DNA from: Candidatus Bathyarchaeota archaeon
GTDB lineage: Archaea > Thermoproteota > Bathyarchaeia > Bathyarchaeales > Bathycorpusculaceae
Assembly (NCBI GenBank): GCA_963720565.1
Contig: CAVRFW010000009.1
Span: forward strand, 320,001-384,000
Length of the DNA: 64,000 nucleotides
Direction of reading: 5' to 3'
Both the position numbers and the translations under genes were made by a program. Positions 62,485-64,000 of this stretch are shown one piece after another. Below the pieces are notes generated by a model, which was given only the letters and a program-made list of their open reading frames with translations, was not told where the DNA came from and did not search any database. Numbering within the stretch: position 1 is the first letter of the stretch; the number at the start of each line of letters is the position of its first letter.

Positions 62485-64000
62485 ATGAAAAATACGCAAC
62501 TAACTGTCTTAATGGTTGTCCTGTTGTTTCTCCATTCCTGTGCTAGCCTCGCCTTCATCAAATATACGTACGCTGAAACAAGCCAAGGTGTCTACGTTGG
62601 AGTCGACATATCCTACGGAGATGTGGCAGAAGCAAAATCATTGATTGATCAGGTCAGTGGCTTCACCAACCTCATCGTCATAGGCACCACCAAGATAACC
62701 TGGTACCCGAATAAACTCACTGAGACATTTCAGTATGCATTCAACAGAGGCTTGTCTTTCATTAGTTTAACCCCTGCCCTTACTGAGATACCTGTCGGAG
62801 AATCTCCGAGCAGAAGCGAATGGTTTCAGTACGCCGAAGAAAACTGGGGAGACCGCTTGCTAGGTTTTTACTATTTGGATGAGCCGGGAGGGCGTCAACT
62901 AGATCGTGCTCAAGGTTGGACTTGGAACGGCTCAGCAACAATAGATAGCTACGCCGAAGCCGCCAGCCTTTACACGACCAATCTCGGCAATAGCTTAGAG
63001 TGGACTAGAACAAGTGTCCTCAACTCTTCCAAGTACCCATTGTTCACATCAGACTATGGCTTGTACTGGTTCGATTACAAAGCAGGATACGATACAATAT
63101 TTGCAGAGTTCGGGTGGAATTATAGCCGACAACTGAACGTTGCACTTTGCAGGGGAGCAGCCGAACTGCAAAACAAGGACTGGGGAGTAATGATAACCTG
63201 GACCTACACTGAACCTCCCTACATCGAATCGGGAGCGGAACTCTACAATGACCTTGTTTTAGCGTATGATAATGGAGCAAAATACATTATGGTCTTCGAT
63301 GGAAATGAAGGCTGGACTGGAGGAATCTTGGAGCAAGAGCATTTGGACGCTCTACGGCAGTTCTGGATCTATGTTCACAATAATCCGCGAAAGAGCTATC
63401 CAGTCAGCGAAAGGACAGCATTTGTGCTTCCTAACGCTTACGGTTACGGTTTCCGCGGACCAACAGACCACATCTGGGGCTTATGGGAAGCAGACGCGCT
63501 CTCCCTTAACATGAGCAAGAACGTTAAAAGCCTGCTAAACAACTATGGAGAAAAGTTGGACATCATGTATGATGACGGTTTGCAGCCTGGCAACACCTAT
63601 GGATACGATCAACTTGTCTATTGGGATTCTTACAGTCCCCTACCTCCCAAGATCTCAATTTCATCACCTGAAAACAGAACGTACACTACAAACAATGTTT
63701 CTTTAACCTTCACCTTAAACAAACCGGCAAGATGGTTAGGCTACAGCCTAGATAACCAGCCGCAGATATCCCTGGCTGGGAATACAACCCTGCTCAACCT
63801 TTCTAAGGGACCTCATAAAGTAACAGTTTATGCAAAGGACGAATTTGAAGAAGTGGGCATTTCCGAAACCATCGACTTTTTCATTGAACAGTCTTCCCCA
63901 GAACCTTTTCCAACGACTCTAGTAATAGCTTCTTCAGCGGTGGCGGCTGCAGTTGCCATTGGAATTCCAGTTTACCTCAAGAAACGCCATCGTAAGCAGA
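62485..64000 (+). CDS. Secreted, membrane-anchored protein with glycoside-hydrolase-like catalytic region and Ig-like domain; runs off the window end (not in ORF track)
   Basis: Open frame from ATG 62485 to 64000: signal peptide, VYVGVD, GFYYLDEPGG, TSDYGLYWFDY, AEFGWN, WGVMITW, ISISSPEN..Y, C-terminal TM then KKRHRK. Confidence 0.75.
   Translation, partial: MKNTQLTVLMVVLLFLHSCASLAFIKYTYAETSQGVYVGVDISYGDVAEAKSLIDQVSGFTNLIVIGTTKITWYPNKLTETFQYAFNRGLSFISLTPALTEIPVGESPSRSEWFQYAEENWGDRLLGFYYLDEPGGRQLDRAQGWTWNGSATIDSYAEAASLYTTNLGNSLEWTRTSVLNSSKYPLFTSDYGLYWFDYKAGYDTIFAEFGWNYSRQLNVALCRGAAELQNKDWGVMITWTYTEPPYIESGAELYNDLVLAYDNGAKYIMVFDGNEGWTGGILEQEHLDALRQFWIYVHNNPRKSYPVSERTAFVLPNAYGYGFRGPTDHIWGLWEADALSLNMSKNVKSLLNNYGEKLDIMYDDGLQPGNTYGYDQLVYWDSYSPLPPKISISSPENRTYTTNNVSLTFTLNKPARWLGYSLDNQPQISLAGNTTLLNLSKGPHKVTVYAKDEFEEVGISETIDFFIEQSSPEPFPTTLVIASSAVAAAVAIGIPVYLKKRHRKQ

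Overview
Archaeal genomic DNA, most likely Bathyarchaeia. This is inferred from gene content: H4MPT biosynthesis genes, HdrA-MvhD, NreA, NucS, Dph5, RibK/RibL, a crenarchaeal-type SSB, DUF5752 and typical surface proteins. Many genes, including essential-looking ones, carry single-base indels, so the assembly probably has uncorrected long-read errors. Layout: (1) 1-3.0 kb: mevalonate-entry genes (thiolase end, DUF35-HMG-CoA synthase fusion). (2) About 3.1-18 kb: an accessory island headed by a tyrosine recombinase, with stress/dormancy-type cargo (CBS-HPF hibernation factor, LEA-like protein, GT4/GH130 operon), an IS110/IS1111 element and an IS5/IS1182-like pseudogene. (3) 18-47 kb: core metabolism and two tRNAs (Asp-GTC, Arg-TCT). 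(4) 47.2-51.9 kb: an AT-rich array of small paralogous membrane-protein genes next to tRNA-Arg, punctuated by seven co-oriented 28-bp dif-like sites. (5) 52-64 kb: envelope and transport genes. The three strongest candidates for new biology are: the dif-like-site cassette array; an IS110 whose downstream non-coding RNA carries guides matching its own donor junction and a palindromic TTAGCGCGCTAA target; and recurrence of that (GC)n motif at the boundaries of almost every accessory module.
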